DNA of 64,000 nt from Callorhinchus milii (lineage: Eukaryota), in NCBI RefSeq assembly GCF_018977255.1, contig NW_024704742.1, positions 81,036,001-81,100,000 of the forward strand, in the 5' to 3' direction. The notes under the pieces are model-generated. The model saw nothing but the letters and a program-made list of their open reading frames with translations. It was not told where the DNA came from and ran no database searches. The translations under genes were made by a program, and so were the position numbers. The stretch's first letter is position 1, and each line of letters begins with the position of its first letter. Below are positions 63,743-64,000 of this stretch, in pieces.

Positions 63743-64000
63743 ACATTACACAGAGTGCATAGAAAGCCTTTGCTGAACCTTAAATTGTGTTCCACAAAGG
63801 GCTAATTCTTTTTAAAATCTGCTATTTATTGATGGTAGATGTCCTGAAGTGTAAGCTCGTCACTTTGTAATTCTCCAGATCAACGTAGCCCATGACTTCA
63901 TTAATTTATTTATTGCTGTTGTTTTTAACTATTTTCTAAAGCTATTGCTGTTTGCTGGTTAATGTCGTTGATTAAAATGTGCATTTAGGCAAAGTGGCAT

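Overview
AT-rich vertebrate genomic DNA with no intact multi-exon protein-coding gene. Roughly half of the window is retroelement debris, and almost all ORFs in the track are repeat fragments or chance ORFs. The repeat mix (CR1 LINEs with (TTCTATGA)n tails, abundant L2 LINEs, Deu-domain tRNA-derived SINEs) suggests a cartilaginous fish, possibly a chimaera; this is an inference. Structures read from the sequence: (1) a decayed Helitron at about 1.2-2.6 kb, with an A^TC 5' end, 23-aa STPR repeats and a Pif1-like motif; (2) a heavily decayed BTB-BACK-Kelch (KLHL-like) pseudogene at about 7.4-9.7 kb, split by two SINEs and preceded by exon-like segments; (3) several candidate alternative first coding exons on the + strand (24.6, 38.6, 39.1 and possibly 56.3 kb), all able to end in phase 2, belonging to an unidentified gene whose next exon is not seen; (4) a young chimeric SINE family (new tRNA head, 3' half of the Deu-SINE, L2 tail) present as an apparent evolutionary series; (5) hairpin/MITE-like elements, a 46-bp micro-inversion and many nested insertions. 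I found no convincing evidence of a wholly new biological system. The best leads are the chimeric SINE, the KLHL relic, the Helitron and the phase-2 exon set. All assignments are by eye, without database searches, and boundaries of old repeats are approximate.
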